Positions 18,808-27,875 of a stretch of 33,156 nucleotides of DNA are shown piece by piece. Position numbers and translations under genes: made by a program. Every line of letters begins with the position of its first letter. Positions within the stretch are counted from its first letter, which is position 1. A model generated the notes under the pieces. It made no database searches. It saw nothing but the letters and a program-made list of their open reading frames with translations, and was not told the DNA's origin. Source of the DNA: Sphingomonadales bacterium (lineage in GTDB: Bacteria; Pseudomonadota; Alphaproteobacteria; Sphingomonadales; Sphingomonadaceae); contig JAFKLV010000370.1 of NCBI GenBank assembly GCA_017304125.1, positions 1-33,156 of the forward strand, in the 5' to 3' direction.

Positions 18808-19920
18808 CTAGCGCAGCACCTGCACCGGGAGGGTCACCTGGAACAGCAGCCCGACGACCTTCTGGATCGAGACGATCGGCGCCTCCGCGACATAGACGAC
18901 ATCGCCGGTTTCGAGCGGGAATTGATCCGCCGCGACCAGCCCGTCGCCGCGCTTCCACGCGAATTCGTAGAGCACCGGCTTCGCCGCCGCGCGCCGGCGC
19001 AGCACGAATACCGCGTGATCATTGGCGAGATTATTGTCGAGCCCGTTGGCCTCGGCGACCGCTTCGGCCAGCACCGGCTGCCGGGCGAAGCCGAGCACGC
19101 CGTTCTTGCGCGTGCTGCCCAGCACCGTCACCTCGACCATCGGCGATTTGCGCACGATCACCCGGTCGCCCGGCTTGAGCGCGATCCGTTGCTCGAACGC
19201 GGCCGAGATCGGCACCTCGACCGGGCCGGCATCGCCGCGCACCACCGAGACGCGCACCGCGGCGCGCGTCGCGGAGAGATCGCCGGTGCCGAGCGTAGCA
19301 TTGCCGTCGCCCAGCGCCTGAGTGATCGCCTGCGCCAGCGTCATCCCGCCGGGGTTCCACGCGATCCGGCTCGGGTGGCCGATCGCGCCGGTCACCAGAA
19401 TGTCGTTCTGCGGCGAGGCGGCGAGCCGCACCGTTGCGCTCGGCTTTTGCAGCACGCGCTGGCTGGCATAGCGCTGTGCGATCGCTTGTTGCGCCTGCTC
19501 CAGCGTCAGCCCCGCCAGCGCGGTGCGCCCGGCATAAGGCAGCAGCACCGCGCCATCGTCGGCGAGCGTGAAGCTGCCGAGCGGGGTCGCCCCGGGCCCG
19601 CCGCCGAACGGCGTGCCGCCACCGGGCAGCGCGGCATAGCTCCACATCGTCACGTCGATGACGTCGCCCGGCGCGAACCGGAACGCCGCATGCGCGGGCG
19701 CGGCGCGCAGCCGGCCGAGCGCGTCATCGAGCGCGCGCTCGCGATCCGATGCCGCCTCGGCCTGCGCCGCCGCGGCCTGCGCCGGGGTGACCCTGACGAT
19801 CTCGACCTCCGGGGTCTTGCGGATCGTATGGGCGGAGGGGCCGCCGCCGGCCAGCGTGCTGCAGGCGCCAAGGCTCAGCGACAGCGCGGCCAGCCCCGCG
19901 ACGCGAAACACCGCGCTCAT
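18808..19920 (-). CDS. Outer-membrane polysaccharide export (OPX; Wza/CtrA/BexD-like) lipoprotein
   Basis: Start ATG 19920 overlaps the upstream TGA. Lipobox LGAC is followed by GGGPS. It has the PES motifs PGDVIDVTMW and DGAVLLPYAG...GLT, grasp repeats, DVVYVAEAP and an amphipathic C-terminal helix. Confidence 0.9.
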   Translation of the reverse strand: MSAVFRVAGLAALSLSLGACSTLAGGGPSAHTIRKTPEVEIVRVTPAQAAAAQAEAASDRERALDDALGRLRAAPAHAAFRFAPGDVIDVTMWSYAALPGGGTPFGGGPGATPLGSFTLADDGAVLLPYAGRTALAGLTLEQAQQAIAQRYASQRVLQKPSATVRLAASPQNDILVTGAIGHPSRIAWNPGGMTLAQAITQALGDGNATLGTGDLSATRAAVRVSVVRGDAGPVEVPISAAFEQRIALKPGDRVIVRKSPMVEVTVLGSTRKNGVLGFARQPVLAEAVAEANGLDNNLANDHAVFVLRRRAAAKPVLYEFAWKRGDGLVAADQFPLETGDVVYVAEAPIVSIQKVVGLLFQVTLPVQVLR

Positions 19921-21095
19921 CGCAGCAGCGCCCACAGCAGGAGGCTGGCGAGCAATGTCCCCGCCATCCACGCCAGCCGATAGGGTTTGTCGGGGGTGCG
20001 CGGCTCGGACGGGTTGCTGATGACGTTCAGATAATAGCGATTCTGCTCGGCGCTCGCCTGCGCCTGTTGCAGCGCCTGATTGGCCTGCCCCAGCAAGGTG
20101 ATGTTGGTATCGCGGCTGACCAGCAGCTTTTCGTAGCGCGACGAGCTGCGCGCCATCTCGGGGAAGTTGCGCGCGGTCGACGCCAGATCGCCGCGCACCG
20201 ATTGCGTCGCGGTCTCGAGATTGTCGGCCTGCGGATTATTGGGGGTCGCACGCGCGATCGCGTCGCGCTGCGACTTGAGGTCGGCCGCCTTGAGCGCGAG
20301 GCTGTTCATCAGCTCGAGGTTGGACTGATAGAGCTGCTTGGGATCGTAGGTGCCGGTCTGGTTGCGGAATTGCGCCAGCGCGGCGAGGTCGCGCTGGAGC
20401 GCGGTTTCGATCGCCTGTTTGCGCTGGGCTGCGTTGCGCACGAAATCGCCCTGCTGCTGCGCGTTCATCGCATCCATGTGCGCGATCGCCTGGGCGAGCA
20501 ATTGCCGCGCGAGGCCATTGGCATAGACCGGATCATAGGCATTGACGTTGACGGTGACGATGCCGCTCTTCTGCTCGATATCGACGTCGACCTGCTTCTG
20601 GAAATAGCGCCACAAGGCGAGGTCGCTCGTCCCGAACATCGTCGCGACGCCGCCGAAGCGGCTCACCAGATCGCCGGTGGCGAAATTGTCGGCGAGCTTC
20701 ATCGGCTTTTCGACGCGGCGAAACGCATCCCACGACCGGAAATATTCGCGCAGGATATAGCCGCCCTGCTCGGAGCTGTCGCCCGACGCGCCGGACAGCA
20801 ACGACGACAGGCTCGGCCCGTTCTGCTTCGGGTTGAGCACGATCAGCGCCGCGGTCGAGGTATAGACCGGCGCGGCGATCAGCCCGAAATAGAGCAATGC
20901 CGCGATATTGGGCAGCAGCACGACGGCGATGAACAACGGCCGGCGCAGCAGCCGCACGAGCCACGACGGTGCCCTTGCGGCATCGGGCTCGGCCGGGGTT
21001 TCGGCGCTGGCGCGTCGGTTGGGAAAGGGCAGCGGCTCGTGCTCGGCCGGCGCGCGCTCCTCTCGCATCCGTTTCACGTCGACTTGGGAATTCAC
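19917..21095 (-). CDS. Capsule export inner-membrane co-polymerase (PCP-3; KpsE/CtrB/BexC-like)
   Basis: N-terminal TM LFIAVVLLPNIAALLYFGLIAAPVYTS, EYFRSWDAF, KSGIVTVNVNAYDP, a coiled-coil periplasmic region, YLNVISNPSEP...PYRL and a C-terminal TM. No kinase domain. AGGAGA RBS before GTG 21095 (alternative ATG 21068). Confidence 0.85.
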   Translation of the reverse strand: MNSQVDVKRMREERAPAEHEPLPFPNRRASAETPAEPDAARAPSWLVRLLRRPLFIAVVLLPNIAALLYFGLIAAPVYTSTAALIVLNPKQNGPSLSSLLSGASGDSSEQGGYILREYFRSWDAFRRVEKPMKLADNFATGDLVSRFGGVATMFGTSDLALWRYFQKQVDVDIEQKSGIVTVNVNAYDPVYANGLARQLLAQAIAHMDAMNAQQQGDFVRNAAQRKQAIETALQRDLAALAQFRNQTGTYDPKQLYQSNLELMNSLALKAADLKSQRDAIARATPNNPQADNLETATQSVRGDLASTARNFPEMARSSSRYEKLLVSRDTNITLLGQANQALQQAQASAEQNRYYLNVISNPSEPRTPDKPYRLAWMAGTLLASLLLWALLR

Positions 21096-21156
21096 GGGGG
21101 CGTATCTCCTGATCGTCCGCCCTCAAGACGGAGCCGATCGGAAGCGGCCTTGATCG

Positions 21157-23547
21157 TCAGAACGAAAAATCGACCCCCAGCCGGAAGGTGCGCGGGCGCA
21201 GCGGGGTGATCTGCGACCGCCCGGTGACGAACGGGGTGCCCAAGGCGAAGCGATTGCCGATGCTGTCGGACAGGTTGGTCGCGCCGAACACCAATCCGAC
21301 GCGTGGCGTCCCCACCCGCATCGTCAGCGCGCTATCGGCATAATCGCCCTGTTCGGCGCCGAGCACCGGGCCGACCCCGATCCGCGACGGCCCGATATAG
21401 CGCGCCCAGCCGGCGACCCGCAGCGTCAGATCGTCGCGCAGCGTGTGCTGCCAGTCGAACCCGGCGCGCGCGGTGAAGCGCGCGACATTGGGGATGCGAT
21501 CGATCCCCCCGTCTTGCAGCGGGGCCGCCGCGAGCAGGAAGGCGCGATAGGTCTGGCTGGGCTGGGTGACCCGGCCGTCATTGACCGCGAAGGACGCATC
21601 GAGCCGCAGCGCGCGGACCGGGCGCCAGCCGACCGACGCCGCAACCGACCAGATCCGCCCGTTGCCGATATTGTCGGTCGAGGGGAGCCCGGCGCTGTCG
21701 AGGAAATCCGCCTGAATGTCGTGCCAGTCGGTATGCGAGACGCCCAGCGAGACATCGAACCCGTCGCGCCGCGGATCGCCATAGCGCAACCCGCCCTCCA
21801 CCGTCTCGACCCGATCGCCCGCGAACCGGCGCACGAAATCGCCGTCCAGCGTCAGCCCGCCGGGCCGCATGCCCTGCTGATAGCGGGCGTAGATCGACAG
21901 TTTCGGCGTGGCCTTGGCGAGCAGCGAGACCGACGGCAGTACCTTGGTCTCGTCATGATCCGCGACGATCGCGGCGCGCGCCAGCAAATCGACGGCGCTG
22001 AACACCGGCGTGGGATCGTGCGCCTCGCCCGACAGCATCGCGCGCGAAACACGGGCGCCCGCGGTCGCGATCAGCCACGGCACCGGGCGGTAGCTCGCCT
22101 CGCCGTAAAAGGTGAGTTCGCTGACGCGATTCTCGACCCCGGTCACCGGCTCGAGCCGGTCGGGGGCACCGAGCGAGCGCGTCAGCAAGGTGCGATTGTG
22201 GACGTAGCTCGCGCCGACCAGCCAGCCGAAATGATCGTCCAGCGGCTGCCACAGCCGCGTCTCGTTGCTGACCAGTTCGGTATAATTATGCTGGCGGAAC
22301 ACCGTCGGGGTGCCGCCCGGCGGGGTCGCGTCATAACGCTCGTCGAGCGTCTGCGCGATGCGCGCGGTGGTCGAGCGGAACCGCACCTTGCCGAAATCGC
22401 GCGACAGGATGAACTCGCCCATCCCGTAGCTCGCGTCGAACCCCTCCGCGACCGCGCTGTTGCGCACCAGCCGCGGCGCGCCGGCATCGGCATATTGGCT
22501 GTCGTCGCCGACGGTGCGTTGATAGACGCCGCCGAGTTCCGCGCGCCAGCCGCCGCCGAGATCGACACGCAGCGCGGCGCGCCCGCCGCCAGTGGTGGTG
22601 CGGTTGATATCGTCGCGCCGGCGCAGCGGATTGTCGATATAGCCGCCGTCGCTGATGCCATAGCCGACGATGCGCAGCGCCGCCCGGTCGCCGAGCACCG
22701 GCAGGTTGAGCGTCCCCGCGATATCGCCGCCGGGCGCGCCATGCTGGGTCGCCGAGACGCCCCCCGCGAACGATCCCGAGGTCACCCCGAATGCAGGCTC
22801 GTTGGGGACGATGCGGATGATCCCGCCGAGCGATCCCGCGCCGTAGAGCGTGCCTTGCGGCCCTTCCAGCACCTCGACCGATTGCACGTCATAGAGTTTG
22901 AGATCGGGATCGGGGGCGTTGTAGGTCAGGCGGATGTCGCCGAAATATTGCCCGACGGTCGCCTGGGTCGGGCCGGTGAAGCTCGAATCCGCGATGCCGC
23001 GGATGAACAATTTGTTGCGCCCGTCGCCAAGATAGGTCGACGAAATGGTGGCGAGGCGGGAGAGCACCGCATCGGTGCCCCCCACCCCGCCCAAATTGAT
23101 GTCGCTGCCCTCGACCACCGAGACGCTGCCGGCATAATCGCCGAGCCGCATATCGCGCTTGGAGGCGACGACGACGACCGTCTCGCCCTCGCCGGGCTGG
23201 TCGGCGGCGGGCGGCGGTGCGCGGCGCGGCCTGGGCCGGGGCGCCGGCTGGGCGCGCGCCGGGCGGATGCGCCACACGCCGGGCTCGATCGCCACCGCCT
23301 CCACCTTGTCGCCCAGCATCCGCCGCACCGCCTCGGGCACCGAATAGACGCCCTTCACCGCCGGGATGCGGCGTTGCCAGATCGCGCCGTCGTCGACGCT
23401 GATGCTGATCTTCGCCTGCCGCCCGAGCGCGGTCAGCACATCCCCCAGCCGGCCGGCGGGAAGGTCGAGCGGATAGGATTGCCCCGCGTGCGCTGGCGAT
23501 GCGGGGACGAGAGCAAGCAGCAGGACGGGGGCGGCCCAGCGGATCAC
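21157..23547 (-). CDS. TonB-dependent receptor with N-terminal STN signalling domain (FecA-type transducer)
   Basis: Signal peptide, then LDLPAGRLGDVLTALGRQAKISI (STN), a Pro-rich linker, TonB box TVVVVA, VEVLEGPQGTLYG and a terminal DFSF. Probable start is GTG 23547, overlapping the fecR TGA (track start 23568). Confidence 0.93.
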   Translation of the reverse strand: MIRWAAPVLLLALVPASPAHAGQSYPLDLPAGRLGDVLTALGRQAKISISVDDGAIWQRRIPAVKGVYSVPEAVRRMLGDKVEAVAIEPGVWRIRPARAQPAPRPRPRRAPPPAADQPGEGETVVVVASKRDMRLGDYAGSVSVVEGSDINLGGVGGTDAVLSRLATISSTYLGDGRNKLFIRGIADSSFTGPTQATVGQYFGDIRLTYNAPDPDLKLYDVQSVEVLEGPQGTLYGAGSLGGIIRIVPNEPAFGVTSGSFAGGVSATQHGAPGGDIAGTLNLPVLGDRAALRIVGYGISDGGYIDNPLRRRDDINRTTTGGGRAALRVDLGGGWRAELGGVYQRTVGDDSQYADAGAPRLVRNSAVAEGFDASYGMGEFILSRDFGKVRFRSTTARIAQTLDERYDATPPGGTPTVFRQHNYTELVSNETRLWQPLDDHFGWLVGASYVHNRTLLTRSLGAPDRLEPVTGVENRVSELTFYGEASYRPVPWLIATAGARVSRAMLSGEAHDPTPVFSAVDLLARAAIVADHDETKVLPSVSLLAKATPKLSIYARYQQGMRPGGLTLDGDFVRRFAGDRVETVEGGLRYGDPRRDGFDVSLGVSHTDWHDIQADFLDSAGLPSTDNIGNGRIWSVAASVGWRPVRALRLDASFAVNDGRVTQPSQTYRAFLLAAAPLQDGGIDRIPNVARFTARAGFDWQHTLRDDLTLRVAGWARYIGPSRIGVGPVLGAEQGDYADSALTMRVGTPRVGLVFGATNLSDSIGNRFALGTPFVTGRSQITPLRPRTFRLGVDFSF

Positions 23548-24491
23548 GGCGATGCGGCGAGCCTCCACCCGGCGCCGTCGCGGATCGCGCGCACCCCGGT
23601 CAGCGCGGCGAAGCGTGGCATGATCCGCTCCGCGCCGCCGTCGAGCCGCACCGTCGCGCGCACCGGCCGCCGCGCCAGCGCGGGGTCGACCGCGACGGGG
23701 GTACCCAGGGTCCGCGCCAGATCGGCCGCCGCCTCGGCCAGCGTCACGCCGTCGAACGAAAGCTGGCCCTGCGCCCAGCCGCCCACCGTATCGGGCGCGA
23801 CATCGGCCAGCTCGACCCGCGACGACCCGTCGGCGACGCGCAGCGACCGCCCGGCGTTGAGGCGCACCGAATTGCCGTCGCGCTGCCAGTCGACCGCGCC
23901 CTCCGATACCGCGATGCGCGTCTCGCGTGCGTCGCGCACGATATCGAACCGCGTGCCGACATCGACCACGCTCGCCCCGCCGACCGCGACGCGGAACGGA
24001 TGCGCCTCATCGTGCCGGACGGTGAAGGTCGCCTGGCCGTGGACCAAGGTCAGGCTGCGCGCATCGTCGCGGCTCGCCTCGAGCCGGGTGCCGCCGTTGA
24101 GGATCGCGCTGCTGCCATCCTCCAGCGCGATCGTGCGCCGCGCGCCGGCCGCCGTCTCATAGACCAGCGGGGCGGCGGGCTGGAGCTGGGTCTCGACCGC
24201 GACCGTGCCGACCACCGCCGCCGCCAGCGCCGCCGCCGCGGGGATCGCCCAGCGGCGCCACGCCGGGCGAGGGGCCGGAACGGGCAAGGGCACAACCTTG
24301 GGCTCGCTCGCCAGCATTGCGACCATCTCGGCCTCCGCCGCGCTCGTGGCATGATAGGCCGCGGCATGCGCAGGGTCGGCCGACAGCCAGCGCTCGAACC
24401 CCTCCCAATCGTCGAACGCAGGGTCGCCGACGCGGACTGCCCAGGCAATCGCTTCGTCCGTCATCGGATCGGGTTCAGGTCGGTTCGTCAT
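23544..24491 (-). CDS. fecR: FecR family anti-sigma/transmembrane sensor
   Basis: DEAIAWAVR, FERWLSADPAHAAAY, one TM, TAAGARRTIALEDGS, VGTRFDI and WAQGQLSFDG. Confidence 0.93.
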   Translation of the reverse strand: MTNRPEPDPMTDEAIAWAVRVGDPAFDDWEGFERWLSADPAHAAAYHATSAAEAEMVAMLASEPKVVPLPVPAPRPAWRRWAIPAAAALAAAVVGTVAVETQLQPAAPLVYETAAGARRTIALEDGSSAILNGGTRLEASRDDARSLTLVHGQATFTVRHDEAHPFRVAVGGASVVDVGTRFDIVRDARETRIAVSEGAVDWQRDGNSVRLNAGRSLRVADGSSRVELADVAPDTVGGWAQGQLSFDGVTLAEAAADLARTLGTPVAVDPALARRPVRATVRLDGGAERIMPRFAALTGVRAIRDGAGWRLAASP

Positions 24492-24521
24492 CTTGTCGCA
24501 CCTAAGACGGAGACTATCGCG

Positions 24522-25034
24522 TCAACCCTCATCCAAAGTGCTCCTGAGCTTCACGAGCACGCCGGTCGCCTTGCGCAGGTCGCTTTCCACGGTGCTGATG
24601 CTCACCCCCAGTTCGTCTGCGATCTGCCGCTGCGGCACGCCGTCGAGGCGGTGGCGGCGGAAGATCTGCTCGACACGCGGGCCGAGCGCGGCGAGCGCCG
24701 CCTGCACCCGCGCCAGCGTTTCGCGCGCGATCAGCACGCGCTCGCCGGCCGGCTCGTCGGAGCGGCCGGGCGCGGTGGCACCGGTCGCCTCGTTCCAGTC
24801 GCGCTCACGGATCGCCGCCTGCCGTAGCGAGCGATGGCGATCGAGCATCAGATTGTTGGCGATGCGATAAAGGTACGACAAGGGCTGCGCGATCGGCCCG
24901 CTCTGCGCGCCGCGCGCGCGCAGCCACATTTCCTGCAACAGGTCCTCCGCCGCCTCCCCGGCGCCATGGCCCTGGAGAAAGCGGAGCAATTGTGCGCGAT
25001 GCTGGAGGAAGACACCTTCGAGGCCCGTCGCCAT
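24522..25034 (-). CDS. ECF RNA polymerase sigma factor (FecI-like)
   Basis: Probable start ATG 25034. Region 2 is AEDLLQEMWLR...YLYRIANNLMLD and region 4 is QRQIADELGVSISTVESDLRKA. Confidence 0.92.
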   Translation of the reverse strand: MATGLEGVFLQHRAQLLRFLQGHGAGEAAEDLLQEMWLRARGAQSGPIAQPLSYLYRIANNLMLDRHRSLRQAAIRERDWNEATGATAPGRSDEPAGERVLIARETLARVQAALAALGPRVEQIFRRHRLDGVPQRQIADELGVSISTVESDLRKATGVLVKLRSTLDEG

Positions 25035-25177
25035 CCTGTCAGTCCTGCGTGCCCGTAAATGGCCTGAAATGACGGTGGATACCGTTCGCGAGGACCGCCG
25101 CATAGGCATCCTCGCCGATAGCCGCAAGTCGCGCGCACCGTGCCAGCGCGGGACAAGCCACGTCGGAAATGAACGCC

Positions 25178-25211
25178 GAGTCACATGACTGTCACGCCGC
25201 GCGCCTAGCGA
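25178..25211 (+). promoter_or_regulatory. Pho-box-like promoter for pit
   Basis: GAGTCAC-ATGA-CTGTCAC (25178-25195) versus PhoB consensus CTGTCAT-N4-CTGTCAY, then 10 bp, then a weak -10 TAGCGA, upstream of a phosphate transporter. Confidence 0.6.
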
Positions 25212-25235
25212 GAGCATGAATCAGGTGGAGCAGCG

Positions 25236-26843
25236 ATGATGAGCGCGACTCTCGCGGCGCATGAGAAAAGTGCCCGACCCAATCTCGACCAGGGGCTCGG
25301 CCGCGCCGGCCAGATCGGCTTTGCCGCGGTGGTCATCGCGGCGATCGGCTATGTCGGCTATAGCATCTATCTCGATGCCAGCGCCGCCGGGGTGCAGACG
25401 CTGGCGATCCTGCCCTTCATCCTGTTGTTCGTCGCGCTGATGATCGCATTGGGCTTCGAGTTCGTGAACGGCTTTCACGATACCGCCAATGCCGTCGCGA
25501 CGGTCATCTACACCAATGCGATGCCGGCGCATGTCGCGGTGGTATGGTCGGGCTTCTTCAATTTCCTCGGCGTGCTGCTGTCGACCGGGGTGGTCGCGTT
25601 CAGCATCGTCTCGCTGCTGCCGGTCGAGCTGATCCTGCAGGTCGGCTCCAACGCCGGCTTCGCGATGGTCTTCGCCTTGCTCATCGCCGCGATCATCTGG
25701 AACCTCGCGACCTGGTGGCTGGGCATCCCCTCCTCCAGCTCGCACACGCTGATCGGCTCGATCATCGGCGTCGGCGTCGCCAATGCGATCATGCACGGCA
25801 AGAGCGGCACCGCCGGGGTCGACTGGTCGAAGGCGGGGGAGATCGGCCAGGCGCTATTGTTCTCGCCGCTGATCGGTTTCGGCCTCGCCGCTTTGCTGTT
25901 CGTCGCCGCCAAGCTGCTGATCCGCAACAAGGCGCTCTATCAGGAGCCGAAGGACGGCCTGCCCCCGCCGCTGTGGATCCGCGCGCTGCTGATCTTCACC
26001 TGCACCGGGGTGAGCTTCGCGCACGGCTCGAACGACGGGCAGAAGGGCATGGGGCTCATCATGCTGATCCTGATCGGCACGGTGCCCACCGCTTATGCGC
26101 TCAACCGCGCGGTGCCGGCGCAATATGCCGCCGAATTCCACACCAATGCGCACAAGGCGGCGATCGCGCTGCACGATACGCCCAACAACGCGATCACCCC
26201 GGCCGATGCGCGCAAGGCCGTCACCATCTATATCGCCGACCGCAATTATCAGCCGGTCACCAAGCCCGCGATGGCCACGCTGATCCGCGACATCGACCGG
26301 CAGGTCGCCGATTACGGCTCGCTCGCCAAGGTGCCCGCCGCCGCGGTGGAGAACGTCCGCAACGACATGTACCTCGCCTCCGAAGGGCTGAAGCGGCTCG
26401 GCAAGGAAAAGGCCGCCGGGCTGAGCGAGGACGAAAAGACCGCGATCGGCACCTACAAGGCGTCGCTCGACGCGGGCACGCGGTTCATCCCGACCTGGGT
26501 GAAGGTCGCGGTGGCGGTCGCGCTCGGTCTCGGCACAATGGTCGGCTGGAAGCGGATCGTCGTCACCGTCGGCGAGAAGATCGGCAAATCGCATCTCACT
26601 TATGCGCAGGGCGCCTCGGCCGAGCTGGTCACGATGGGGACGATCCTCGCCGCCGACCAACTGGGGCTGCCGGTCTCCACCACGCACGTGCTCTCCTCGG
26701 GCGTTGCCGGCACGATGGCCGCCAACCGGTCGGGGCTGCAGATGAGCACGATCCGCAATCTGGTCATGGCCTGGGTGCTGACGCTGCCGGTGTCGATCCT
26801 GCTCGCCGGTGTCCTCTACATGATATTCTCCGCCCTGATCTGA
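25236..26843 (+). CDS. pit: Inorganic phosphate transporter, PiT family
   Basis: FVNGFHDTANAVAT, GIPSSSSHTLIG, HGSNDGQKGMG and GLPVSTTH. GGTGGAG RBS. Confidence 0.96.
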   Translation: MMSATLAAHEKSARPNLDQGLGRAGQIGFAAVVIAAIGYVGYSIYLDASAAGVQTLAILPFILLFVALMIALGFEFVNGFHDTANAVATVIYTNAMPAHVAVVWSGFFNFLGVLLSTGVVAFSIVSLLPVELILQVGSNAGFAMVFALLIAAIIWNLATWWLGIPSSSSHTLIGSIIGVGVANAIMHGKSGTAGVDWSKAGEIGQALLFSPLIGFGLAALLFVAAKLLIRNKALYQEPKDGLPPPLWIRALLIFTCTGVSFAHGSNDGQKGMGLIMLILIGTVPTAYALNRAVPAQYAAEFHTNAHKAAIALHDTPNNAITPADARKAVTIYIADRNYQPVTKPAMATLIRDIDRQVADYGSLAKVPAAAVENVRNDMYLASEGLKRLGKEKAAGLSEDEKTAIGTYKASLDAGTRFIPTWVKVAVAVALGLGTMVGWKRIVVTVGEKIGKSHLTYAQGASAELVTMGTILAADQLGLPVSTTHVLSSGVAGTMAANRSGLQMSTIRNLVMAWVLTLPVSILLAGVLYMIFSALI

Positions 26844-26846
26844 TCG

Positions 26847-27866
26847 ATGGACGGGCAGGCAAGCGAAGACCCTTGCACGCCTGCCCTCGGTTCGCTGCTG
26901 CCGTCCGGGGTCCGGCCGGGGCTGATCTGGGGGTATGATTTCACCGCGGACGGCGCGGTCGAGGTCGACCGTTGCGACGGCGCGCCGCCCGGCGCGCTGC
27001 GCTGGCTGCACCTCGGCCTGTCCGACAACGGCACCCGTCACTGGATCGATCAGGCGCCGCTGCCACCGGCGATCCGCGAACTGCTGCTCAGCCGCGATAC
27101 CTATCAGAGCGCGTTGATCGACAGCGGCGTGGTCGGCTGCGTGCTGCAGGATTTCGAACAGGCTTTCGACAAGGAGGATACCGGGCAGATCGGCGCGCTG
27201 CGCATCGCGCTCACCCCCGATCTGATCGTCACCACGCGCCCGCGCCCGCTGCGCTCGCTCGATATCGCGCGGCAGCGCGTCGCGCGCGGGCTCCATCTGT
27301 CCTCGCCCGCCGCGGTGCTCGATCTGGTGGTCGGCGCGAGCGCGGAGAGCATCAGCCGCATCAGCCGGACGCTCAGCGCAAATATGGAACAGGCGGAGGA
27401 TGCGCTGCTCGGCAACCGCCACCCGCCATCCAGCCGCGACCTGATCGAGATCCGCCGCCGCCTCGCGCAGATCCACCGCCTGCTCGGCGGGATGTGGGAC
27501 GTGTTCAAACGGCTCGAGGAAGACGAGGAATTGCCCGAGGCGCTGCGCCCGACGGTGGAGAAATTGTCGCAACGCCTGCAATCGCTCGACGGCGACATCA
27601 TCGGCGTGATTGCGCAATTGCGGCTGCTGCGCGAGGAACTCGATATCCGCGAGGCGCAGCGCACCAACCAGAATCTCTACATCCTGTCGATCATGACCGC
27701 GCTGATGCTGCCGGCGACCTTCGTCACCGGGCTGTTCGGGATGAATACCGGCGGGATGCCGCTGCAGACCGGGCTTGCCGGCACCTTCCTCGCGACGCTG
27801 CTCGCCGCCGGCGCCGCGCTCGCCACCTATCTGCTGCTCCGCTATCTCGGCTTCATGCGCCGCTAG
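26847..27866 (+). CDS. CorA/ZntB family divalent cation transporter
   Basis: WLHL, a long stalk helix, and two C-terminal TM helices with LPATFVTGLFGMN (GMN signature). Starts 3 bp after the pit stop. Confidence 0.92.
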   Translation: MDGQASEDPCTPALGSLLPSGVRPGLIWGYDFTADGAVEVDRCDGAPPGALRWLHLGLSDNGTRHWIDQAPLPPAIRELLLSRDTYQSALIDSGVVGCVLQDFEQAFDKEDTGQIGALRIALTPDLIVTTRPRPLRSLDIARQRVARGLHLSSPAAVLDLVVGASAESISRISRTLSANMEQAEDALLGNRHPPSSRDLIEIRRRLAQIHRLLGGMWDVFKRLEEDEELPEALRPTVEKLSQRLQSLDGDIIGVIAQLRLLREELDIREAQRTNQNLYILSIMTALMLPATFVTGLFGMNTGGMPLQTGLAGTFLATLLAAGAALATYLLLRYLGFMRR

Positions 27867-27875
27867 CGGCGGCGC

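Noticed and set aside
21110-21158. 8-bp direct repeat TGATCGTC in the TBDT-PCP spacer as an insertion scar
   Set aside because: It is too short, there is no mobile-element evidence, and GATC words are very common in this sequence.
25035-25217. 61-aa N-terminal extension of the ECF sigma
   Set aside because: It overlaps the pit promoter and Pho box; the sigma domain starts at ATG 25034.
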